The notes under the pieces are model-generated. The model ran no database searches, was not told where the DNA came from, and was given only the letters and a program-made list of their open reading frames with translations. From assembly GCF_018398935.1 (NCBI RefSeq), contig NZ_CP074694.1, forward strand, positions 2,880,001 to 2,912,000: DNA of 32,000 nt, written 5' to 3'. This document shows positions 1 through 7,609 of this stretch, piece by piece. Position numbers and translations under genes: made by a program. Within the stretch, counting starts at the first letter, position 1; each line of letters begins with the position of its first letter. This stretch comes from Telmatocola sphagniphila (GTDB taxonomy: Bacteria; Planctomycetota; Planctomycetia; Gemmatales; Gemmataceae).

Positions 1-708
1 TTTCATTTCCTTCGTCAGAGCGCGGGTGAAGTGGTTGCCACCCAGCGGAATAGGTCGCTGCCAGATGATCTTGTCCGCATCGGTGATGATCAGATTGGAG
101 TTATCGGTACCCAGATCGAGGGCCACCACGCACTTCTTTTTGCCCCGTTCGTCTTTCGATGCTCCGTCGGGCATGAGATCATAGGTGACGTAGTTGCACA
201 GGGCCAACGGCGACATCTGAATCAGATGCACTTCGATCCCAGCGCTCTGGAAGTGCGACAGGAACCGGGAGATCATATCCCGTTTCATAGCAAACAGGCC
301 GATTTCCGTTTCGACAAAGCCGTCGGAAATCTGCCCCTGGCCAATGCGCTGGAAGTCCCACACCACTTCTTCGAGCGGGAAGGGAATCTGTTGCTTGGCC
401 TCAAACTTTACGATGTCGTCGATCTTTTTCTCTTCGACCGGCGGCAATTTCACGAAACGGGCCAGACCCGATTGGCCGGGAACGCCCATCGCCACCTTGT
501 CCCCTTTTATGGGATTCCGGGACAGGAATTTCTCCAGTGCTTCCTTGGTCAATTCGTCTGGATTGGCATCGGGCTGGCTGAGAATTTTTGGATGTTCGAT
601 ATAGTCGAATGCAGTGGCAGTTGGTTTACCGTCGATTATTTCCAACCGAATGGCTTTGAGGGCGCATTGTCCTACGTCAATGCCCCAAACGCCGGAAGTG
701 ACTGCCAT
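1..708 (-). CDS. pilM: Type IV pilus assembly protein PilM (actin-like ATPase fold). Only the N-terminal 236 codons are present; the gene runs off the left edge.
   Basis: Absent from the ORF track because no stop codon lies inside the window. My hand translation of the reverse strand from the ATG at 708 is open to position 1. It reads MAVTSGVWGIDVGQCALKAIRLE...VAMGVPGQSGLARFVKLPPVEEKKIDDIVKFEAKQQIPFPLEEVVWDFQRIG...VALDLGTDNSNLIITDADKIIWQRPIPLGGNHFTRALTKEMK. The GIDVG and LDLGT phosphate-binding motifs and the FEAxQxIPFPLxEV segment are typical of PilM. GGAGA lies 7 nt upstream of the ATG. The + strand ORF 31..732 is its antisense shadow. Confidence 0.8.
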   Translation of the reverse strand, partial: MAVTSGVWGIDVGQCALKAIRLEIIDGKPTATAFDYIEHPKILSQPDANPDELTKEALEKFLSRNPIKGDKVAMGVPGQSGLARFVKLPPVEEKKIDDIVKFEAKQQIPFPLEEVVWDFQRIGQGQISDGFVETEIGLFAMKRDMISRFLSHFQSAGIEVHLIQMSPLALCNYVTYDLMPDGASKDERGKKKCVVALDLGTDNSNLIITDADKIIWQRPIPLGGNHFTRALTKEMK

Positions 709-1141
709 AGGGATTTCTCCGATAGACTATAAGCCGGATATGGGAACAGAATTACGACGGAAGCGGTGGTCGAACCAGCCATCGCCGTCGCTAGAATGTC
801 CCTAATACGTTACACCGTATCACGGTACTAAGTATCCTGTCAATTAACTAAACAAAGTGAAGAGGGGAATCGTTGGCGCGATTGGAGCGAATCGGTGGAT
901 GGAGAGGGTTCTTCAAGTCTCCGGTTTTTGCAGATCATTTCTGTTCCCCGCTCGAACGTCCTAACCGAAACAACCGCTCCAATCCCATTCCCTCGAAAAA
1001 CAGTTGAAACCCGAGCCTGGAGCTTTGCCGTTAAACCCTTGCAAAACCAAATCTTAGAGCGAGCTTTGCCCTGAATTCCGCTATGGTCTTAGCTCTAGTT
1101 ACTCAGGCAAAAAAATGACTTGAGACCCATCCCGAGTTCGC

Positions 1142-2629
1142 TTACTCTTCCACCGAAACCCATTGATTCCATTTTTCCTTCAACGGCGTTGTTGATATTT
1201 CCAGGCCGGTCACTCGCGAGACCACGAGACGGACTTTTTCGACCAGCAAATCTCCCGTAGTAAGGGTCTTGCAGCCGCGCAACTCGGCTTCTCGCAAAAA
1301 TTTGCTGCCGCGCAGCCCCGCTTGCAAATCGACTACGACCATCCCCTGCCGAAGATAACCCGGATGAAGAATCAACTCTTGAGAATCATCTCCTTCCTCG
1401 GGTTGCGGCTCGCCCGCCACAATGAGGCCATCGTGAAAGGTTTGATAAATCGCTTCCCACAGAATGAATCGAGCCCCCAACGCCACAGCGAGTCGAGGAC
1501 CATTCTGGCGATCCTTGCTCGCAAGGATCATCAGAGCCCCTTGCTCTTTGAGCCGGGCTACCACCATTCGACCGGGGGCCGTATCGCCCGCCACCACAAT
1601 TGTTTTATCCTTGAGCGGTTGAGGGTTTTCCGGCTCCTTGGCCTGAAAGACCTCCAGAAAAAGTTTGGCGGTGACTTCCCCCAGGAGATTGCTACCGCGC
1701 CAGCCCTGGTCGCCTGGGCTCATCCAGTCGGCGGCCTGCACCGGTGCACGAGCCTGTTCGTCTAAAAAAGCGGCCTCGTGGACGTTTTCGATGAAATCAT
1801 CTTCGACCGCAACCCCTTGCAGTTTCACAGCTTCGATGATCTTGCGAAAAAGCTTCCAGTTACCGACTTGCAACGGCCAGCAGCGTGTGGGGGCCGGAGT
1901 TTCGGAGAACCCGGCATTCAGCAGCCCGCAAAGAATTTGATCCTTTTCGCTCATCCCCGTAACGCCGATCAGTTTTGTCGATTTGGAAATTGCACGGTAC
2001 GCGTAGAGATTCTCCAGATCGCTGATGGTCGGTTGGCCCGGGTAGGCTTCCATACCTTTTTCGAGCGCCGCCAGGGTCCAGGGAGCACCAATCTTACGGT
2101 CCAGAATAGCCAGCATCAGACCGGGCCGGCCTAAACCCACAACTACGGTCGGAATCGTCGACTTGGCCAGCAATTGGACCAATGGCCAGGCTTCTTCCGG
2201 AGTTCTCGCTTTGCAGGTGAGCTTGAGGACATCCGGTTTTTTGGTCTTCATTTCCTCGCAGATGTCAGCGATATCCGCGGGAGTTTCTTTCAAATTGGTG
2301 TAGGAGATGACTCTTTGGCAGCCGGGATAAGGCCGAATCTGATCGGCCGCATCCACTTCAATTTCCACATAATCGGCTTTGCATAACACGGCCTGCCGCA
2401 GCAGAATCAGGCGTTCCTCTTCACTTCCCGACCACTGCCCGCCATCCTGCTTGCGACGACAGCTGAACAATAAGGGTTTACGCTTTGCGGAAATCAGTTC
2501 CTCGAAGATCGGCGCGTTCTCCAGTGCATCCAGGCGAATCTCGAGCAAATCGGCACCAATCATCGAGGCATTGAGCATATCAGCCAGCAGGAGCCGACGT
2601 GACTCCTGGGCGATGGTGATGCAGATCAT
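1142..2629 (-). CDS. Fusion protein resembling type I 3-dehydroquinate dehydratase (AroD) fused to shikimate dehydrogenase (AroE). Catalytic motifs are atypical in both halves.
   Basis: The N-terminal half aligns by eye to type I DHQase: MICITIAQ..., LLEIRLD, KPLLFSCRRKQDGGQW, DYVEIEVD, DVLKLTCKA, YPGQPTISDL. The C-terminal half has a shikimate dehydrogenase-like Rossmann layout: KLIGVTG..., IVVAGDTAPGRMVV. I chose the start at the ATG at 2629 (MICITI...). The track ORF extends to a GTG at 2809, which would add 60 aa including a hydrophobic stretch, so the start is uncertain. Confidence 0.72.
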   Translation of the reverse strand: MICITIAQESRRLLLADMLNASMIGADLLEIRLDALENAPIFEELISAKRKPLLFSCRRKQDGGQWSGSEEERLILLRQAVLCKADYVEIEVDAADQIRPYPGCQRVISYTNLKETPADIADICEEMKTKKPDVLKLTCKARTPEEAWPLVQLLAKSTIPTVVVGLGRPGLMLAILDRKIGAPWTLAALEKGMEAYPGQPTISDLENLYAYRAISKSTKLIGVTGMSEKDQILCGLLNAGFSETPAPTRCWPLQVGNWKLFRKIIEAVKLQGVAVEDDFIENVHEAAFLDEQARAPVQAADWMSPGDQGWRGSNLLGEVTAKLFLEVFQAKEPENPQPLKDKTIVVAGDTAPGRMVVARLKEQGALMILASKDRQNGPRLAVALGARFILWEAIYQTFHDGLIVAGEPQPEEGDDSQELILHPGYLRQGMVVVDLQAGLRGSKFLREAELRGCKTLTTGDLLVEKVRLVVSRVTGLEISTTPLKEKWNQWVSVEE

Positions 2630-2937
2630 ATTCGTCTCGCAAAGAATCCGGAAAAAGCGAAAGGGGATTATAGTGATGCAGCTGAAGCCCAAAAACAACA
2701 GAAATGTCTGCTCAGGAATGCAAAATCGAAAGGATTTATCCGGTCTTAGTTCGATCGATTCGGCCGCAGTCGCTCTGGGTTTTCGACCGATTCCGAAAGT
2801 AGTGTACACAAAATCATATTTTTTCTGATTTTAAATAAATTTTTATTGATAATTCCGCATTATGAGATTTTCATAGATTCAGATCGTTTATTTCAAGCGG
2901 TCGTAACCCTCAATCTACCCTCAAAGGGAGGTCGTTT

Positions 2938-3282
2938 ATGATTCACCGTCGCCTGGTAGCCCTGGTCTGCGGTCTGGCTCTGCTGTCGTTTACGGGTGTG
3001 GTTTCCAGTCAGGAGAAGGAAGCCAAGAAAGACAAAACCAGCAAGGAAGAAACCTCTACGAAGGCCCGCGGGCAGTTGCCTCAAAATTGGGCCAAGCTGG
3101 GGCTTTCCGACGAACAAAAACAAAAGGTTTACAAGACGCAATCCAAGTACCGGGATCAGATCGACGAACTCCAAGCGAAAATCAAAAAGATTCGCGATGA
3201 GGAACACAAGGATTTGATGACGATTCTGACCGAAGAACAGAAGAAACGTTTGATTGAGATCAAAACGGGTGAGAAGAAGTAG
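2938..3282 (+). CDS. Small secreted or periplasmic LTXXQ-motif protein of the Spy/CpxP/ZraP family type.
   Basis: There is a strong SD (AAAGGGAGG) 6 nt upstream of the ATG. The signal peptide reads MIHRRLVALVCGLALLSFTGVVSS. The mature part is Lys/Glu-rich and helical, with two LTXXQ-type motifs (LSDEQKQKV and LTEEQKKRL). Confidence 0.7.
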   Translation: MIHRRLVALVCGLALLSFTGVVSSQEKEAKKDKTSKEETSTKARGQLPQNWAKLGLSDEQKQKVYKTQSKYRDQIDELQAKIKKIRDEEHKDLMTILTEEQKKRLIEIKTGEKK

Positions 3283-3295
3283 CCAACTTGCTTCG

Positions 3296-3372
3296 GGGAA
3301 AAGAAAAAGGAGCGGCGATGGAATCGCGCTCCTTGTAATAGACGGCGGAAGTAGCTCGATCAACCCGCCGTC
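3296..3372 (-). terminator. Tandem hairpins plus a U-run between convergent genes. Probably an intrinsic terminator of the kinase/regulator operon, possibly bidirectional.
   Basis: Hairpin A pairs GACGGCGG (3341-3348) with CCGCCGTC (3365-3372) and spans the regulator stop codon. Hairpin B pairs AAGGAGCG (3307-3314) with CGCTCCTT (3327-3334), with an inner CGA/TCG extension. On the minus strand hairpin B is followed by TTTTTCTTTTCCCC (complement of 3295-3308, overlapping the base of the stem). On the + strand no T-run follows. Confidence 0.55.
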
Positions 3373-4796
3373 TTGCGCTGCTCTTCCCAGCGATTGAGCT
3401 TGTTGTACAGCGTTTTGAGGCTGATCCCCAACTCGGCCGCGGTAGCCGGTTTGTTCCGGTTGTTCTTTTCCAAAACCCGCAGAATATGCTCCATTTCGAT
3501 GTCGTGGAGCGTGCGAGTGTTGGCTGCTCCCGGCATCTGGAGAATCATCGGCGAATTTTGATCGGCGAGCGGTTGAGCAAACGGAATCTTGGAACGCTTC
3601 AGGCGAACGTTCGCGGGCAGGTGCCCTACCCCGATCTCCTGGCCACCGGCCACGATATAAGCGTATTCCATGGCGTTTGCCAATTCACGAACGTTTCCGG
3701 GCCATTCGTAATCGAGCATGGCATCGATAGTTTCCGGCTTCAGCAGATTCGCAACCTGCTCCGGTGTACGCTTCGCCGATCGAGCTAGCAGATGCTTTGC
3801 CAGTTGCGGCAGATCTTCCCGCCGTTCGCGGAGCGGCGGCAGTTGAATCTCGAAGGTATTCAAACGGTACATCAAGTCTTCGCGAAACTCATCGGCCTGA
3901 ATCATCTTGTGCAGGTCGCGATTGGTCGCACAGATCACCCGCACATTGCAGCGGATCGATTCTGTATCCCCCAGCCGTCGCACTTCGCCCGACTCGAGGA
4001 ACCTCAGCAATTTCACCTGAATGTTCTTGTTTAATTCGCCCAATTCGTCGAGGAACAGGGTGCCGCCGTTGGCAACTTCGAAGAGTCCCTTGTGATCGCG
4101 ATCGGCTCCCGTGAAAGCCCCTTTGCGATGCCCGAACAGTTCACTTTCGACCAGCGTCGGCGACAAAGCACCGCAGTTCACCGGTACGAAGGGCATGTCG
4201 GCCCGTCGGCTCTTCTGATAGATCGTGCGGGCGACCACATCCTTGCCAGAACCGGTTTCCCCGGTGATCAGAACGGTGGAATCGGTCGGAGCGACGGTTT
4301 CGATAACTCGATGGACCACATCCATTGTCGGCGAGTGGCCGATGAGGCCCGTGGATCCTTCCGCAGCCTGAACCCGCGTTTGCAAAGCCAGGTTTTTGTT
4401 CTTGAGCTTGCGACGCTCCAGGATGCGGATCAGAATTCCTTCGATTTCCACAATCCGGCAGGGTTTGGTAATGTAATCGAAAGCCCCCAGTCGCAAAGCT
4501 TCGACGGCGGTTTCCTTGGAAGCGTAACCGGTCATGATGACCGCTTCGGTATCCGGGGAGACCTGCTTCAGTTTTTCGAGAACATCAATACCCGTCATAT
4601 CCGGCATCCGCAGATCGAGGATCGCGGCGTCGAAAGTAGCGGTTTTCAAAGCCTGTAACGCGGTCGTGCCATCTTGACAGACCGTAACCTGATGGCCGAG
4701 CCGAGGCATCTCCAGTCGCATGAACTCCTGGAGAGAACTCTCGTCGTCGACAAAGAGGATTCGAAGGCTATTATGCGGCTGCGTTGCCAAGACCAT
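3360..4796 (-). CDS. NtrC-family sigma54-dependent response regulator (REC + AAA+ sigma54-interaction domain + Fis-type HTH).
   Basis: The REC domain reads ILFVDDE...AILDLRMPDMTG. Walker A is GETGSGKD and Walker B is LFLDELGE. The GAFTGA loop is intact (GGG GCT TTC ACG GGA GCC on the minus strand, 4104-4121). The C-terminal HTH reads AAELGISLKTLYNKLNRW. The ATG at 4796 overlaps the upstream kinase by 26 nt. A TTG at 4790, 6 nt after a GGAGG, is an alternative start. Confidence 0.9.
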   Translation of the reverse strand: MVLATQPHNSLRILFVDDESSLQEFMRLEMPRLGHQVTVCQDGTTALQALKTATFDAAILDLRMPDMTGIDVLEKLKQVSPDTEAVIMTGYASKETAVEALRLGAFDYITKPCRIVEIEGILIRILERRKLKNKNLALQTRVQAAEGSTGLIGHSPTMDVVHRVIETVAPTDSTVLITGETGSGKDVVARTIYQKSRRADMPFVPVNCGALSPTLVESELFGHRKGAFTGADRDHKGLFEVANGGTLFLDELGELNKNIQVKLLRFLESGEVRRLGDTESIRCNVRVICATNRDLHKMIQADEFREDLMYRLNTFEIQLPPLRERREDLPQLAKHLLARSAKRTPEQVANLLKPETIDAMLDYEWPGNVRELANAMEYAYIVAGGQEIGVGHLPANVRLKRSKIPFAQPLADQNSPMILQMPGAANTRTLHDIEMEHILRVLEKNNRNKPATAAELGISLKTLYNKLNRWEEQRKTAG

Positions 4797-6420
4797 CCTC
4801 CATCCATAGAGAGCCGTTGTTCCGTTTCGTGCCCTTCATATACAGGTCGGCATCCATGCCGCCGTCATTGGTCGTTGCCGAATCGACAGTCTGCACTGCT
4901 TTCAACGGCAACCGCACCCGGAACGTGCTACCCTGATTCACCCCAGCACTGGTGGCTTGAATTTCGCCGCCGTGTGCATTCACGATCTGGTGGCTGATGA
5001 ACAGTCCCAGACCGGTTCCCTTGCCCGTTTTCGAACGCGTGAAGAACGGTTCGAAAATGTTCTCTAACACATCGGGCTTCATACCGCAACCGGTATCCGT
5101 GAAGGTCATTTCCGCAAAGGTAGCCTCGGCCTGCAGGGTGATATTCAGAATCCCCCCTTCGTCCATGCTGTCCAGTGCGTTGACAACCAGATTCAGAACC
5201 ACCGATTTCACATCCTGTCCGTTCACCTGGGCGATCACCCGGGCGTAGGGTTGGAAGACAATACGTTTGCCTCGACAATTTTGCAAGTGCTGTGCGATCT
5301 CGAGGACATTCTGGATCAATTCGGCCAGATCGGCCGCTTCCCGCCGGCGTTCGCCCACCCGGCTGAACTCCAGCAGACGACTCGTAATCTCTTTGCAGCG
5401 AAAGGCTTCCTGCTGAATCATCTTCAGATACTTGGTGACAACTTCGGTATCCTGGGGATACTGCTTCGTATAGTCCGTCAGGCGACTTTGGAGCGATTCC
5501 GCACAGAATGCAATGCTGGCCAGCGGATTATTAATCTCGTGCGAGACCCCGGCAGCCAGAAATCCGACGCTGATCAGCCGTTCCGAACGCACTAACTGCC
5601 GGCTGCGATCCTCGATCTGTTTTTCGAGATACTGATAGGTATTATCCAGCCGATGGGTCATGTTGTTGAAGGCGGCGGCCAGGTCTTCCAACTCATCGCC
5701 GGAATGAACTACAATGGGATGCTTGAAGTCGCCGTCAGTCACCCGTTTGACGCCCTGTTCCAATTCCTGTACGGGCTTGACGACCCAACGGAGGCAGAGC
5801 ATGACCAGAGCGATTACCAGGGCGATGGCCGCCAGTGAGGCGAAACCGATGGCCCATAGGCTTCGAGTGTAGAGTGCTCGCGATTCTTCGATACGCTGCA
5901 CCATGTCCACATAGCACTGCTGCCGCATGTCGTTCACCAGGACGCGCAACTCGTTGAAAGTGCTGCGTGTGGAACTATCGGCGGAAAGCGATCGCACCTC
6001 ATCGTTGACGCCGCCGCGCTGGTAAAAACTGGAAACGCATTCGCGAAATAGTACGAGTCGCTTGGCAAAATCTTCGGCGAGCCGAACATTCGTGTAATTG
6101 TCGAATTCCCGGCCGCGACTCACCGCATCCTTGAAAACGGTACGGGCCTGTTCGAAGAGTTTCTTGACGACTTCGATCTGATTAAAGATGGTAGTCTGGT
6201 CGGCGCTAGCGGTAGCACCTTCTTTCGGGAGCAACGCATCGACTTCCGGATAAAGATCATTTACCCGTTGAAGCTCGGCGAGCTTGCTCTGAAACATCTT
6301 CATGGAGTGCGAATAGGTCGTGAGCGACTGCAGCGACGAAGCCAGCAGGAGACCCAGACTCCCCAAGACGAGTACGAGACCGAAAACCAGTTTGGAACTT
6401 AGACGCCAACGGCGGGCCAC
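4771..6420 (-). CDS. Membrane sensor histidine kinase (two TM segments flanking an extracytoplasmic domain of about 160 aa, then HAMP, HisKA and HATPase_c).
   Basis: The GTG start at 6420 is preceded by AAGGAGG with a 6-nt spacer. TM1 is LVFGLVLVLGSLGLLLA and TM2 is LWAIGFASLAAIALVIALVMLCL. The HAMP segment reads VKPVQELEQGVKRVTDGDF...LAAAFNNM. The H-box is SHEINNPLASI. N and G boxes are present (VVNALDSM, DTGCGM, GTGLGL). Confidence 0.88.
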   Translation of the reverse strand: MARRWRLSSKLVFGLVLVLGSLGLLLASSLQSLTTYSHSMKMFQSKLAELQRVNDLYPEVDALLPKEGATASADQTTIFNQIEVVKKLFEQARTVFKDAVSRGREFDNYTNVRLAEDFAKRLVLFRECVSSFYQRGGVNDEVRSLSADSSTRSTFNELRVLVNDMRQQCYVDMVQRIEESRALYTRSLWAIGFASLAAIALVIALVMLCLRWVVKPVQELEQGVKRVTDGDFKHPIVVHSGDELEDLAAAFNNMTHRLDNTYQYLEKQIEDRSRQLVRSERLISVGFLAAGVSHEINNPLASIAFCAESLQSRLTDYTKQYPQDTEVVTKYLKMIQQEAFRCKEITSRLLEFSRVGERRREAADLAELIQNVLEIAQHLQNCRGKRIVFQPYARVIAQVNGQDVKSVVLNLVVNALDSMDEGGILNITLQAEATFAEMTFTDTGCGMKPDVLENIFEPFFTRSKTGKGTGLGLFISHQIVNAHGGEIQATSAGVNQGSTFRVRLPLKAVQTVDSATTNDGGMDADLYMKGTKRNNGSLWMEDGLGNAAA

Positions 6421-6752
6421 ACCGAACCTCCTTGTCCGGTCAGGCTTAATCGGCAGACAACACCCCCATGGTGCTGCCGCTCCTTCACAAAATGCACCCT
6501 ACCAGAAAACAAGTTACAATGGGATAGCAACTTTTACCTAACGGATAGAAATTTTTACCAGAGCCCGACGCGGTTTGGAAAGATGGGAAATCGAACGGGT
6601 AAAATGGAGCATTCCGCGCTCGTCGCGACTCAAGAATCCCAGTCAAAAATTCAAACGATCCTCTTCCGGGTAAACGGGAGTAAGTTACTTGACCATCCGC
6701 TCTTCTCCGGCTATTCCACGGACTCGCGCCTTCGCTATCCGGAGATTTCGAC

Positions 6753-7607
6753 ATGACGGCTTCATTCAAAATCGCGCTTGTTAGTCCAATCGTTTTAGGT
6801 CTGGCGTTCGGCCTCGGTTGCAATAATTCTGAGCCGATAATCGGGGAGTCGCGTTCTTCTATTCCCGAACCTAAATCGGAGGCCAATGCCCCGGCCGAAA
6901 CGAAAACGTCCGATCCGATGAATGCCTCCTTCGCGGAAGCCACGGTCACCGACGAAATCCCTGATGGGCAGGAACAACCGCCGGACGTACTCCTCAATGG
7001 CAAGCCGACCGCAGTCCTGCGTCTTCAGGTGGAGAAGATCTGGAAGAGCATCGCACTGACCGATTCATCGGGCAAACCCTTACCGCTTAAGGCCACCGTG
7101 CGAACTGAAGCGGGAGAATTCGTCATCGAACTGAATCCCGCGCTGGCTCCGAACCACGTGCGAAATTTTCTGGCGCTGGCCAAAATCGGCTATTTTGAGG
7201 GGTTGCAGTTCGAGCGTACAATTCATCAGGTATCGGATGAAGATGCGAAGATTCGGCTCGATATGGTGAAATTCGGCTGCCCGGTGGGCACCGGGGAGCG
7301 CGGTCGGGGGCATATCGGATATTTCATTCGTCCCGAGTTCAGCGAAACTGTAAAACATGAAGTAGGTACGGTAGGCTTCTGGCACGACGAAGATCCAGGC
7401 ACGGCGGGATGTCGGCTGTATATCACTTTGAACCCGGCCCCGGCTCTGGATGGCGAATTCACCATTATCGGCAAGGTAACCCGGGGCTTGGACATCGTCA
7501 GCAGTATCGCCAACCGGCCGGTGATCAACATGGAAAACTATCCGGAAAAGGAAATTCCCCGGAACCCGATCAAAATTCAGCAGGTGACATTCACCGCTGA
7601 CAGGTAA
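6753..7607 (+). CDS. Cyclophilin-like peptidyl-prolyl isomerase domain lipoprotein (divergent).
   Basis: GGAG lies 8 nt upstream of the ATG. The lipobox reads LGLAFGLGC. The C-terminal 190 aa follow the cyclophilin pattern (NFLALAKIGYFEGLQFER..., GTVGFWH, RLYITLNPAPALDGEFTIIGKVTRGLDIVSSI). An insertion and substitutions occur where FMIQGG is normally found. The stop at 7605-7607 sits 2 nt before the dnaX ATG. Confidence 0.72.
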   Translation: MTASFKIALVSPIVLGLAFGLGCNNSEPIIGESRSSIPEPKSEANAPAETKTSDPMNASFAEATVTDEIPDGQEQPPDVLLNGKPTAVLRLQVEKIWKSIALTDSSGKPLPLKATVRTEAGEFVIELNPALAPNHVRNFLALAKIGYFEGLQFERTIHQVSDEDAKIRLDMVKFGCPVGTGERGRGHIGYFIRPEFSETVKHEVGTVGFWHDEDPGTAGCRLYITLNPAPALDGEFTIIGKVTRGLDIVSSIANRPVINMENYPEKEIPRNPIKIQQVTFTADR

Positions 7608-7609
7608 AG

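Noticed and set aside
31-732. A 233-aa ORF on the + strand at the left edge.
   Set aside because: It is the antisense shadow of pilM. The reverse strand gives a protein with clear PilM motifs and a good SD, while the + strand translation has no recognisable features.
745-800. A GGTTCGACC-containing segment on the - strand that superficially resembles a tRNA T-arm.
   Set aside because: The flanking bases do not form a 5-bp T stem. No acceptor or anticodon arms can be drawn. There is only a simple CGACGG/CCGTCG inverted repeat in the pilM 5' region.
1020-1071. A 10-bp direct repeat, GAGCTTTGCC, at 1020 and 1062 in the 409-bp pilM / aroDE-like spacer.
   Set aside because: It is a single short repeat pair with no associated ORF, hairpin or promoter motif. 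The evidence is insufficient for any call.
2630-2809. A 60-aa N-terminal extension of the AroD/AroE-like ORF from a GTG at 2809. It includes a hydrophobic stretch that would make a membrane anchor.
   Set aside because: Type I dehydroquinase domains begin at the MICITI-type strand, which is found at the ATG at 2629. The extension lies in an AT-rich, promoter-like region. It is not fully excluded.
7380-7396. Additional TGGCAC hits at 7380, 10830 and 27983, considered as sigma54 promoters.
   Set aside because: None has TTGC at the required N5 spacing (they read AGATC, TGATG and CTATG). Two of them are inside coding sequence.
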